From positions 12,586,001-12,650,000 of the forward strand of contig JBHGNT010000004.1 of NCBI GenBank assembly GCA_043228905.1: a DNA stretch of 64,000 bases, written 5' to 3'. Every line of letters starts with the position of its first letter. Position 1 is the first letter of the stretch. The notes beneath the pieces are model-generated. The model had not been told where the DNA came from, did no database searches, and saw only the letters and a list, made by a program, of their open reading frames with translations. Below are positions 47,901 through 59,159 of the stretch, in pieces. The position numbers were made by a program, and so were the translations under genes. The DNA is from Azolla caroliniana. Lineage: Eukaryota; Plantae; Polypodiophyta.

Positions 47901-50900
47901 GCCCGTGTAGAGAGTTCTCTACTCATGGAAGAGATGAGTCGGCAAAACAATGCATCCAATAAGTCCTCTAGTGCGTTGCATATGAGGGGTAGGTCACAAC
48001 AAAGAGGCAAATCTGATAGTTATGGTCGTAGTAAATCACGTGGTAAAGATGTAGAATGCCATCACTATGGCAAAAAGGGTCACTTTAAACGTGATTGTTT
48101 CAAATGGAAGAAAGAGCAAGGAAAGGGCAAGAAGATAGATGATTTCATAGAAGAAAAGAGAGACATTTAACCGAGGAAAGGCAATACTAAAATTGAAGAG
48201 ATGAATGTAGTCACTCATGATAGTGATAGTGGAAATGATGTACTCTTTGTTTCATCATGCCATAGAGAACATGCTTTACTTGCAGATACGGATGGTGACA
48301 TGCACACTTGGATACTCGATTCCGGTGCTTCTTTTCACATCACCCCTCATCGTGAGTGGTTTTCAGATTACACAAGGTGTCGACATGGTGTTGTCCATCT
48401 TGGGGACAACTATGCATGTGAAATTGCAGGTATTGGCACTGTGCAATTACAGTTTCAGCATGGTTCTGCTTTCACACTTCAGCATGTACGGCATGTACCT
48501 CAACCTCAGCTCAAGAAGAGCTTGATTAGCACAAGACAGCTAGATGATGATGGATTTCACACAACCTTTGGTGATGGGAAATGGAAGATTTGTAAGGGAT
48601 CTAGAGTTATTGCCAAGGGTAGTAAAAGAGATATTTTGTATCCTCTCCATGTATCTAGTGTGAGTGACCATGTTGTTTGCCATAACCGAGCAGCCTAGTG
48701 TTTCTTTGTGGCATGGCCGGTTGGGACACATGAGTGAAACTAGTATGAAAGTATTGTCTCGTTTGGGTTACTTGCCATGTCTTCGTTATGCTGATTTTGA
48801 ACATTGTGATCATTGCATTTATGGTAAACATGTACAAACATCTCATAAAAAGTCTCTTTCGCTGAAGTCGTCCCCGCTTGAGTTAGTACATTCAGATGTA
48901 TGTCAGATGCCAGGGCTATCATTCGGGGGAAAGAAAATACTTAGTCACTTTTGTCGATGATGCTACACGGAAGGTATGGATTTACCCTATTTGTAGCAAG
49001 GATGAAGTGCTCGACAAGTTTCGAACATTTTTGGCATCAGTTGAGAATCAAATTGATAAGACACTTAAGCGTCTTCACTCTAACAATGGTGGGGTGAAAT
49101 GGGGGTATAGATTGTGGGATCCCGAGAAAAGAAAAATAGTACGCAGCAATGATGTTATCTTCCAGGAAAATCGCATGCATAAACAACCCCAAAAGATTGA
49201 GGAAGTACGTAGGGTTGTATTCCGAGAAGAAATACCTTTTAGACAGGAAAATGTGCCCGCTGTACAGCAGCAAACACCTGCTGTAAACTTACCTGCAAAT
49301 GCAGAAAATGAGGTTGGAAATGATCAGCCAGCCTTTGCCAATAATGATGAGCCACCAAATGTGCAGGAACAGCTAGAACAGCAAGCTGTGAATGCTGATT
49401 TGCAGGCTGAAATGCCTGGACTGCAAATTGAAAATGATGATTTGCAGGCTCAACAGCTACCAAACAGTGAGCATTGGGTTAGGAGATCGTCTAGAGTTAC
49501 TAGAAAGCCTAACAGATTTGTTCTTGATGAAAACAGTGTGACTGATTATGTCATGGTAACTGATTGTGGCGAACCAACTTGCTTCAAGGAAGCAATGGAC
49601 AGACAGGACAATAAGAAATGGTATAAAGCCATGTTGTCAGAGATGGAATCTCTTAAGAAAAATGACACTTGGGATTTGGTGCAGTTGCCTAAAGGGCAGA
49701 AAACATTTCCATGCAAATGGGTTTATAAAATGAAGGTCATTTCTGATTCCTCGCCAAAGTACAAAGCAAGATTGGTTGCAAAAGGATACAAGCCAGAATA
49801 TGGAGTTGATTTTGATGAGATCTTCTCGCCTGTAGTCAAGATGACTACATTAGGAATCATTTTGGGCTTAGTTGCAGCTGATTGTGGCATTCCGAAAATA
49901 GTCCATGGCAGTGACATTATCTTCTGAGATAATCGCATGCATAAACAGCGTGTAAAGATTGAGGAGGTTCGTAGGGTTGTAGTCCTAAAAGAAATACCTT
50001 TTAGACAGCAAAATGGGTCCATTGTACAGGGAAGTACCTGCTGTAAAAGTACATGCAGAAAATGATGCTGGAAATTATCAGCCCGCCATTGCCCATAATG
50101 ATGAGCCACCAAATGTACAGGAACATCCAGGACAACAAACTGTTAATGCTGATTTGCAGGCTGAAATGCCAGGACGGCAAGTTGAAGATGATAATTTGCA
50201 GTCTCAAAAACCAGCAAACAATGATCATTGGGTTAGGAGATCGTCTATTGCTACTAGACAGCCTGACAGATATGTTCCTGGTGTAAATAATGTGGCTGAT
50301 TATGTCATGACGACAGGCTGTGGTGAACTGTTTTGCTTCAAAGAAGCCATGGACAGACAAGAGACAGCAACTCTTGAAAAAAGTGGCACTTGGGACTTGG
50401 TGCATTTGACTAAAGGACAGAAAACATTTCCATGCAAATGGGTTTACAAGATGAAGGTTACATCTAGTTCCTTGCAAAAGTACAAAGCAAGATTGGTGTG
50501 AAGGGATACAAGCAGTAATATGGAGTTGCAGCTCAAGATTGGAGCTCATAGAAATGCATGTAAAAACTGCTTTTTTACATGGTGATCTGCATGAAGAAAA
50601 ATATATACAGTAGCCTGAAGGGTTTGTGGTAAAAGACGAAGAGACGATAGTCTGTAAGCTCAAAAGGAGATAGTAACAGTTAAAACAAGCCCCAAGATAA
50701 TGGTACCTTACAGACAATCTTTGCTTTGCCCAAGATGTATGCTATGGTTGCTACATGTATTGGCATTGCTTTCGCAGTGGGAGTGGTTAGCAGGTACATG
50801 ACAAAAGTATTATGAGATGCCTCAAAGGCACAATGGATTTGTGCCTCAGCTTTGGAAAGCAGAAGCCACCATTGGCTTACAGATGCAGACTATGCTGATC

Positions 50901-53900
50901 ATGTGGACTGCAGATAGTCCACTTCTGGGATGCATGTTCACAGGAGGAGCAGTCTCTTGGATCTCCAGGCTACAGAAGTGTGTTGCATTGTCTACTAGAG
51001 AGGCAGAGAATGTCGCTGCCATTGAGGCATGCAAGGAGGCTTTATGGATTTCTGGGAGTTCTTTGCATCATAGAGTTGCATGTCCTTCATGGTGACAATC
51101 ATATTGTCTCATGCTAGCAAGAAATCCTGTCTTTCATGCAAAGAAGAAGCACATACAGGTGAAGTATCACTTCATCAGAGATGTATTTAACAGCAAGAGC
51201 ATTGAGCTTGTCAAATGGCATACAGATGATAAGCCTGCAGATCTTCTCAAGAAGGGTGTTCCAGCAGAGCTGTTTGCTCATTGCTAACAAATGGTGGGAG
51301 TTGGATATATGTATTTCAGCTTTGTACATACTTAGACTTGATTGATCCTTTCTCATCTCAAGTCACATTGCCTTTAGGTGGGAGGTTGTTGAGAATAAAG
51401 GGTCATCGGCATTCTATGTGCACAGGTGTGAACACACCCTTAGGACACCTAGTTTCATATACATATCAATCTAAAAAGACCTTAAGGAAACAGAATCCTA
51501 TTGTTTCCAAAACGACAGTGGCCCTCTTCTTCTGTTTTTCTCTCTCTGCAGTTCTGTCTGTCTGTGCATGTAATCCAGCAGTGCCCTGATCTCCTCTTAG
51601 CTCCCTTCAGGTTGCCTTGTCTGTTGGAAGGTGTGTTCCACTGTTCCTTAACAGTTTCTCTCAGTAGCATCAACATTCATGCAAGAAGAGTTCCAAGCAT
51701 GTATGATCCCCAAAGTTCATGATATTTCCCAAGGGCAACAACTCCAAGGCGTTCCCTAAAGAGGCAATCATTTGGTTCCATCCCTTCATATCTCCCTGTC
51801 TCTATCCACTATTGGTGTGATGATATCAAATCTGTCTAACTATTCTGTGTATGCTATCTGAGAGGCTGTTATCCATTGGCTGGGGTTGGTGACAAACTTA
51901 TCCGGAGATATATAGGAAATTGCCCTTGTAATGTTCCATCCTTCTGTTCTTAAGAGAAAATGAACAGGGGACAAAAAACAAGATGCCCAATGCTAGCCAG
52001 ATAGATGGACACTAAGCTAAGAATAATAACTTTTATACACAGAATAAGAAAGTGCTCGACATGAGCATATCCACAACAGACATTGAGAGAAGGTAATGAT
52101 TAAGATAAGTTTGCATTTAAATAATAAATTGATATTGCATCATTTCAAGAAACGTATTACATGTGGTCAATATGCTTAATGGTTTTTAAGACTTCAGTCA
52201 ACAAGATAAGACTAAATCGTAGAACACCTGAGTACATATTCAAACTATGAGATCTAACATACCAGATGGTCACTGATGCGATACATTGATGGTTCTTTTA
52301 CTTGTCCAAATTTATGATGATGAACATTGACAGCCTGTAGCTTCAAAAATATGTCAACTTGTTGAAAACAAAAAAAGAATGGTGCAAACTAAATTGACAT
52401 AGATTTAGACCTTCAGATGACCCCGTTCATGGAAAACCCATTTGCTGAGCTCAATTGCAAATTGAGCATTGCCAGACTTTTCATATCTATAGGCAATGCC
52501 AAAACATATCTATCATATCATTAATATCACACTGCTGAATTCAAGGAAAAAAATTTATAACAAGCACACCTTTCAGCACTTCCATGTTTTTCTACTGGTG
52601 ACATGAAGAATCTGCAATGGGACAAGCAAATATAATTGACTACTCAGAGAAATTCAAACCAATAAGATTAAAAAGACATATACAGCCTAGCTGTTAGTTA
52701 TTGACATACTTGTTGCTGAATAGAGACAAAGATCCAGAGATTAAGATGCGTGCATTATTCCTTGCCTGTAGATAAGAACAAAATAGAACACTATATATCC
52801 AGATATACTGTAGCCAGCTTTAAATAAAGATTCAAAAAAATGGGTGAACATCGTAAAAGGTCCTATGACAAACAAAGACACATGCATAAAGTTCAACACA
52901 ACATGATATCATCTATATATCCTACTAGTCACTTGCAACTTTTACAAACATTTGGTGCTAAAAAAATACCTAGACATATTAAAGTATTCTGGAGTTCATA
53001 ACAGATAAATAGTTAAGCACAAACAAGCTTTAAATCACCTGTACAATTGAGACCAAGCCAATGGATGAGCCTGTCAATGCAGGTGGATCTCTTAGCTGTT
53101 CTCTAGGGTTTGCAGAGTAGGCTGAAGCAGAAGCAAATAAGACTTTGATAACCTGAGCATAATCAAGAAATAAACCATTTTGAAATGTTGGTGGGAGTCT
53201 CTCTTTCACAAGAGAAACAATACATCAGATGAAAAAGTTCTAAGTTTTACCAAACTATTTGTAGGTGCCACAGTATGCGCAACACCACGGAAAAGTACTG
53301 GAGCCTGTCAGACAAGTTAAAACAAGCAGATATACAAGCGAATTATACAACAAACTATAATCAATTTTAGTATGTGATAATCTCATACTAAAATTACAGA
53401 GCTCCTAAATTTACTAAAGACACCAAATTATAAATTCAAACAGATTGTGGGCCCCCCACCTGGATGACTTTATCCCCCAAAATCACAGGAGAATCGAGAA
53501 GCAAGTCTGAGGCTATCAATGTATGGTCCATTTCGCTTTTCGATACAGCAAAATTTAAGTGATCAATTACTACAGCATTAGGATCCTGAAAAAGTTGCAA
53601 GGCGATCTTTCATAATCCAATAAAAAATGCTGTGAAATATGTGAAGAGAAGAAAAAAAAATTATCAGTTTGCACAGATTATATATACCTCATCAAATTCT
53701 ACTCCACATTCGTTCGCAAGATCTCGAATAACATCAGACATGCCCCCATCTGCTGCTAGAATCAAATCTCTTCCAGAATCTACAAAATCTAAGATCCCAG
53801 CAACATCCACAGATCCTCCAAAATCTGTCCAAGTTGTATCACAGCCACCAATATAATTTCTTAATAGAGATCCACATACATTATTTCACACACTGTTTAT

Positions 53901-54705
53901 ACACAAAACATGCTCAAGTTATATACACCTTGCATAGAAATTATTTGCCTTCAAGACTTATGCAAAACCAAATACATTCTCATGTTTTATATAGAAACAA
54001 CGAAAAACAAATATCTCTCCTTATCTAGATCTAGCAGCATAACCCTGGTAAACCCAAAATTATTTATGTATCTGCCCTATATAGAGCTCCCCATATGTAT
54101 ACAGAAAAAACACAGGTTCTTATCGGGCTTATCTAAAGATCCACATTTTTTACAAAGAGAATAATAAAATTCTATCCTTGACTATGTCGATTTGAATGGA
54201 CAAGGAGATCCCACATTAATTATTTATCTTTTCATATGAAATGAATGATAAACATCTTTATAGAGAAAAAACGACATTCCTCCTTGCATGTATGGAGAAG
54301 AATGACTGAAATAATACCGCAAAAATCACTTACTTTCTTCAGCGGGAGAAAACAAGACAAGCCCATCGAAGAGATACTCTCCATATTTCTTCAAAGCGAG
54401 GGATGGGTCCGATGAGAGCTTAAAATCAAGCTCATAACCACGATCTGCAGATCAGAAAAGAACAAAAATCAGAGAAAATAGAGAGAGAAAAGCTTTAAAA
54501 AAAAGAACCCTGGGAGTGGGAGAAGAAGATTACCTAACAGAGAGTTGAAGAAGATGGAGTGAGAAGATTTGAGGGCAAAATCATCTATGAGGACCAAGAG
54601 GCGAGGATGCATAGATCTATCCAGTGACAGAGAAAGACAGAGAGAAGGAAGAAGACGGAGAATTAGGAAGGAAACGAGAGAGAAACTGAGAAGGCGAGGT
54701 GCCAT
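41669..54705 (-). CDS. OST48: Dolichyl-diphosphooligosaccharide-protein glycosyltransferase 48 kDa subunit (OST48/DGL1, DDOST/Wbp1 family), 14 exons, 440 aa
   Basis: Exons (minus): 54705-54534, 54444-54334, 53824-53688, 53585-53460, 53304-53251, 53152-53039, 52765-52710, 52611-52570, 52486-52411, 52334-52263, 44702-44577, 44483-44379, 41880-41797, 41716-41669. All introns GT-AG with consistent phases; total 1323 nt. Signal peptide; motifs [58 protein letters not shown]; C-terminal TM ending LYHK*. Confidence 0.96.
41985..42232. mobile_element. Probable one-ended hAT-like MITE remnant with a duplicated terminus, in OST48 intron 12
   Basis: AACC(G/A)-rich subterminal motifs ending in gttgcaaactcct, present twice (~42101-42149 and ~42184-42232); the other end is not visible. 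Confidence 0.45.
43550..43972. repeat. 107-bp tandem repeat, ~4 near-identical copies (OST48 intron 12)
   Basis: Unit gattagctacgtaacttaaat... starts at 43550, 43657, 43764 and 43871. Confidence 0.95.
44379..44702 (-). CDS. OST48: OST48 exons 11-12
   Basis: [33 protein letters not shown]; [28 protein letters not shown]. Confidence 0.94.
45790..46930 (+). mobile_element. Old Copia gag relic in OST48 intron 10 (hosts the MITE)
   Basis: Degenerate homolog of the gag at 47390-47920 (cacatca.gaagcttgagggtgcaca; cacttgagtgagtt; atgagcaattcaaatgtgatgctt). Confidence 0.75.
46222..46778. mobile_element. hAT-type MITE with 8-bp TSD ATTTTAAG
   Basis: Imperfect TIRs taacaatcggcaacgatttggtt / aaccgaaccattgccaattgcta; ATTTTAAG at 46214-46221 and 46779-46786; many AACCG subterminal repeats; AT-rich core. 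Confidence 0.9.
47059..49885 (+). mobile_element. Ty1/Copia element in OST48 intron 10 (antisense to the gene): 5' LTR, PBS, gag-PR-INT (partly deleted), RT start; 3'-truncated
   Basis: LTR 47059-47257; perfect tRNA-iMet PBS tggtatcagagc 47261-47272; [32 protein letters not shown]. Confidence 0.9.
49886..51609 (+). mobile_element. Older related Copia 3' half (INT-RT linker, RT, RH, PPT, 3' LTR ~51387-51609)
   Basis: Restarts at the INT tail (diverged homolog of 49133 onward); [18 protein letters not shown]; PPT aggtgggagg 51376-51385; LTR begins tgttgagaataaaggg. Confidence 0.8.
52263..54444 (-). CDS. OST48: OST48 exons 2-10 (short introns)
   Basis: RGYELDFKL..., [17 protein letters not shown]..., [40 protein letters not shown]. 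Confidence 0.94.
54534..54705 (-). CDS. OST48: OST48 exon 1 (start codon, signal peptide)
   Basis: [16 protein letters not shown]...[22 protein letters not shown]; GT donor at 54533. Confidence 0.9.
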
Positions 54706-54889
54706 CGCCAGGGCTGGTTCGTCCTGTCCTTCTTCGAACACAGAACAGAACAGAACAGAACAGAGCAGAGCAGAGAGAAAGAAAGAGAAGAGGAGGGGAG
54801 GGGCAAAGTGATAGATATGTGCAGTATGTAGATACATATACAAAATACATACATACATAGACGAAGTACAGGGCGGCGAAAGAAGTAGC

Positions 54890-55290
54890 GCTCCAAATTC
54901 TACACTCTGTGCTTGCTGCTACGCTACAAGACTAGACTAGACTACAAACACACTATAGTGTGTACATACATTGTAGATAGAGTCGTGGAGAGAGGAGTGT
55001 TGGTAGTAGGGTGTTGTTGGTTTCTTCGGTTCTCCAAGGCAAGGGCAGGGGCAGGGGCATGGGCTTGCGGAAGGATGTGGATTCATCCGATTGAACAGAG
55101 CACGGGGAAAGAAGTAGTAGTGCTTGATTGAGAGATCCAATTTCTACACTCTACTGCTACATACACCCACACATATACACACTACGAGGAGGAGTAGGAG
55201 AAGGAGTGCGTCAGTAGTGTGTTTGTTTCTTCGGTTTTCAGGGGCAGGGCAAGTAGGGGGGGGATTAGGGAAGGACATGGAAGTTAAAAG
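54890..55290. repeat. Degenerate ~245-bp tandem duplication upstream of OST48
   Basis: tccaa.ttctacactct..tgct at ~54892 and ~55136; gtttcttcggtt.tc..ggcagggc at ~55020 and ~55226. Confidence 0.6.
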
Positions 55291-56369
55291 TTGAAAGCAA
55301 GAGTCACCCAACTTCCCTCCCACACACACCAAATGCCCTCCAACTCCTAAGGGCAAACAAATGAGAGCATGCTTTTGTCACTAAGCTTATTATTATTATT
55401 TATGGATTCATTCACTTGGCTCCTTATGAAAACTCCCAAGTTTCTCCGTTACTTTCTCTTCGATGGGGGTGAGAGTGACTAGTAGCATCCTCAAGGAGGA
55501 CGAGGTATTGCAGGACTTTCATCATCCTTCCAATACAATAATACATAGCACATTCAAGATAGCTCGATGCTCGCCCCTTAATGTTCCTTTGGGACTCGGC
55601 GAGCTTCTAAAAGGAACTATTTGTGCCATAAAGGGAGTAATAGCTCTCAATAAGATATCGTTTTTTGTTGTTTCCATTATATATGTGTTGTAATTGTGAT
55701 CATATGTGTTTTTTATCATGAGTTTTAATAAAGTCTTCTACATTGGCAGGAGTAGTAAAAAGTCTTCTATATTGTCAATCACAACTACTCCTACAACAAA
55801 TAGGTACGTGACATAAGTGTGTGACCCTATGCTCCTCATCTAGGTTTGTCAATTTATTTAGCATGGAGGAGAGGATTGGTTCACTAATGACAAGAGTGTT
55901 CCCCCAAAACAAAATTATACGACATAGACTCCATTCTATACAAGCTTAGGGGATCTCGATGTGGTGATGACATTACATATAATTTGAGAAATCATCTAGC
56001 TTCAACAATGCCCATAAGTAGATTGGTTAGATGAATGCCACTAAGTGATGGATTAGCAATCAATAGGTAAATATATGACATTGTAATGTGTACAAGTTAG
56101 TATGGACATACACCTAACAATTTCATAATAGAATATATGTGACTTATGTCCAAGTTAAAGGCAATCTTGGAGAACTATGAGTTCCATTTGAGATTTTATA
56201 AAAGGTGTTGCCATTCTTTTCCCCACATCAATCTAAAAATACATTTTAAGTAATATGTTAATACATCACCACGTTTGTTCATTTATGGCTTGGAAATACC
56301 ACATTTCATGGCTATTTGCATATATGTGTCGTGAAGACTATGCAATTGGAGGGTAATGCCATGAATATT

Positions 56370-57000
56370 CTAATTTTTCATACTTGACATGTATTCTAAA
56401 TGTGACTTACTTGAAGATGCAAAGGAGATGTTTGATTTGTTGTATGTTCGAGATGTTGTCTCCTGGAATGTTCTTTTGATATGATATGTTTAACATGGTC
56501 TAGGTGAGCAAGTCTTGTTGTTTCAAGCAAATACAACAAGATGGTGTATCTTTACTCCAACATCATTAGTTTCTAACGTGAGAGCTTGTACAATCTTAGA
56601 GGCATTAGATCAAAGGTGAATTGTACATGTAGAAATTTCTCAAGAAGGTGCCTCACTTGAAAAATCTCAGGATATTTTGGTATAGTGTTTAGTGCTTTTG
56701 TGGACATGTGTGCCAAATGTGGCTCACTTGAAGAAGTTCTAGATATTTTTGATAGTCTTCATGTTCATGATATTGTGACATGGACCACACTAATTGTTGC
56801 TTATTTTGAGCATGGGCATGGTGAGGAAGCCCTATACTGCTTTGTGGAAACACAGGGCAGGTAATGAGGGCAAAGATTTCCATAATGATGATGTTATGTA
56901 GGGTTTCAATAATGATTCTTTCATTGGCAACATTTTAGTGGATCATGCTCTTCATTGTTACTTGAAATGCAAGAACAAGGGTTGGCACCAAATAATATGG
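56370..57000 (+). pseudogene. PLS-class pentatricopeptide repeat (PPR) pseudogene
   Basis: ILDMYSKCDLLEDAKEMFDLLYVRDVVSWNVLL*..HG and VDMCAKCGSLEEVLDIFDSLHVHDIVTWTTLI, with stops and frameshifts. Confidence 0.85.
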
Positions 57001-57811
57001 CTATGGTGTGGTGACATTTGGGATGATACTTGGACTATTGTTGCAACAAATGGTAGTCTTTTAGCTCAATTTAAGCATACATTACATATTTAACATATGC
57101 AACTCTATAGAAATTTTGAGTAGTGATGAAAATTTGAATACAAAAGGCTTATTGCAAAGTTGAGGTTTGTTTTGGCAATGTGGAAACAAAGTTATTATGG
57201 TAGCTCAATGCTGGCTTTGTATGCAACAAGGCTTAAAAATCCTATCATGGCAGTGAGCATGGGCTTTTATTCATGATTCATGTTATTGCCACCATAGTAT
57301 CTCATTCACTCTAGTCAACCAAACCATCAAACCACAACACATTTCATGCATGAGTTCTCTAACATCTACACCCGACATGTTCAAGCCCATCTCTCCTCTC
57401 TTGATTCTTCCTTGCCTTTAGGGAACCTCACTACATAACTCACACACATCCTTCACTCCGTAGCAATTAGTAGCTTCCCATACACGAAAACACTCCAATC
57501 AAAGTGGAATAGGGTCTACGCCACATAATAGGTGGTATGATGAGGATTGTGGAGACTTGTATAGACAACTTAAAGTATCGCAACTTAGTGGTACTATTTC
57601 CTTAGTACAGGCTCGCAAAGAGATGCGCAAGATGACACGTCGTAAAAGACGAGCGTGAGAACTCTACCACATGCTCATGAGTGGGGATTGTGCCCTTACA
57701 TGGAAGAGACTACGGGAATCGAGACCACAAACACCCATCGAGGATCCCAACACTTCGCACACATATACAAAGAGACTCTACCATGTCCCGAACCAACCAC
57801 TCATTCCCATA

Positions 57812-57899
57812 TGTAAAGAATAGTATGCGGAAGCAAGTAGAAAATCGATGACAAAAAAATACGCAGGTTTAATGGAGAGCTTGAATATACGTAGTACGC

Positions 57900-57941
<42 letters not shown>

Positions 57942-58224
57942 ACAAGACTCTATTCAGAAAATAACAGTTCTCTATAATACTCTGTACATCGTATGTGTTC
58001 AGTGAACACTTTTATACAAGTCTATACGGATTGACAGAAGTACGGTGTACTTCAATGCTCACACAAGCGTCTTACACTAACTACGAGACATTAACTACCT
58101 AGTAGTCTAGGCTGATACTAGGCTTCCGGTTACTGATGGATCCGACTAACCGACTCCCCAGCTCACCAGCTCACTTGCTCACCGACTCACTTGCTCACCG
58201 GCTCACTTCCAGATGTCGATCCGG
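57812..58224 (-). repeat. Copia LTR related to the LTRs of element C, interrupted at 58224 by the Gypsy insertion
   Basis: Reverse-complement similarity to 18780-19055 (ctctgtacat, ttttatacaag, acactaact, (GA)n, terminal tgtaaagaata). Confidence 0.72.
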
Positions 58225-59159
58225 TGTCGTGAAGATCTGTCACTAGGCGCGGATCGTGAGGCGGAACCGCCGGGGTTCTGGACCGGAAGGATTCGAAGTT
58301 TACGCTAGTTTTAGTGAGAAAGTATTTAAGATAGAGTGAGAGAGATTGATTTGGCGAGAGAGAGATAATGAAATAAAGATTTAAATATTGATTCTAGATT
58401 TGAGAGAGAAGATACATTAACAATAGGGTTACAAGTTTCTTATTTGATTATCCCAAAATTTTACATCAGTCCTTTCATCTTTTCCCTCCCCTCTTTTATA
58501 GATGCCCTCATGCATGTGAGGGTACAAGACATGCATAAAATGCATGTTTGTTATTTGGCGCTCATGTATTATATGTGGTGCATGATAACCATGCCACTCA
58601 TTTTAGCTCTCATGTATGAGAATTTACATGTAAAGTTATGATGATAAAAATATAATTTTAAGAAAACGTGTTGGCTTAGTGGTAAGTCTATTGACTCTTA
58701 ACTTGGAGGTGCAAGGTTTAAATCCTTTCTTTCCCTCCTTGTGTATATGTATGTATATTTATTTATCCATCTAGCCGTTGGTCAACTGATGCCGGCTCAC
58801 CAACTCCGTCGTCAGTCCGGTTTTGGCCAACCAAAACCTTTGAAAGTAGCCAAGCCATACCCATTCATCCAATAGCTTAGTTCAAGTTACCTTTAACTCT
58901 TTATGCTCCACACATAAACACAAAGATAATAGATTTTGTTGTACATTATATATGGTGAGATCCTTATTTATCCTGTCTATGTGGGATATCTCACAATTTT
59001 ATTTTTCTCTTTGTCTTTGCAAAACTTCCTACACACATAAGTTGACACTTAGATGTCCGTTTCTTATGTAGTAAAAAGTGCATCCAAAAGCTCTTCAAGA
59101 CCTCCATCTTTTTGTAGTTTTATGTGATTTTCACACCATTTTCGAAAATCTTTACGACA
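58225..59159 (-). repeat. 3' LTR of Gypsy element B (TGTCGT...ACGACA), flanked by CCGG
   Basis: Terminal inverted 6-mer, adjacent PPT, 3' end similar to the end of the solo LTR at 3464-4329. Confidence 0.85.

Noticed and set aside
50001-50717. 238-aa minus-strand ORF inside OST48 intron 10
   Set aside because: Antisense shadow of Copia RT; no splice or homology evidence links it to the gene.
47059-51609. A single complete Copia element with paired LTRs
   Set aside because: The LTRs are very divergent, there is no matching TSD, and the INT-RT linker occurs twice; better explained as two related elements.
54469-54858. 129-aa ORF as a standalone gene or longer N-terminus
   Set aside because: It is OST48 5' flank, exon 1 and intron read-through; the signal peptide fits the ATG at 54705.
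57490-57800. Possible LINE fragment (PHNRWYDEDC)
   Set aside because: Only one short motif; too little to call.
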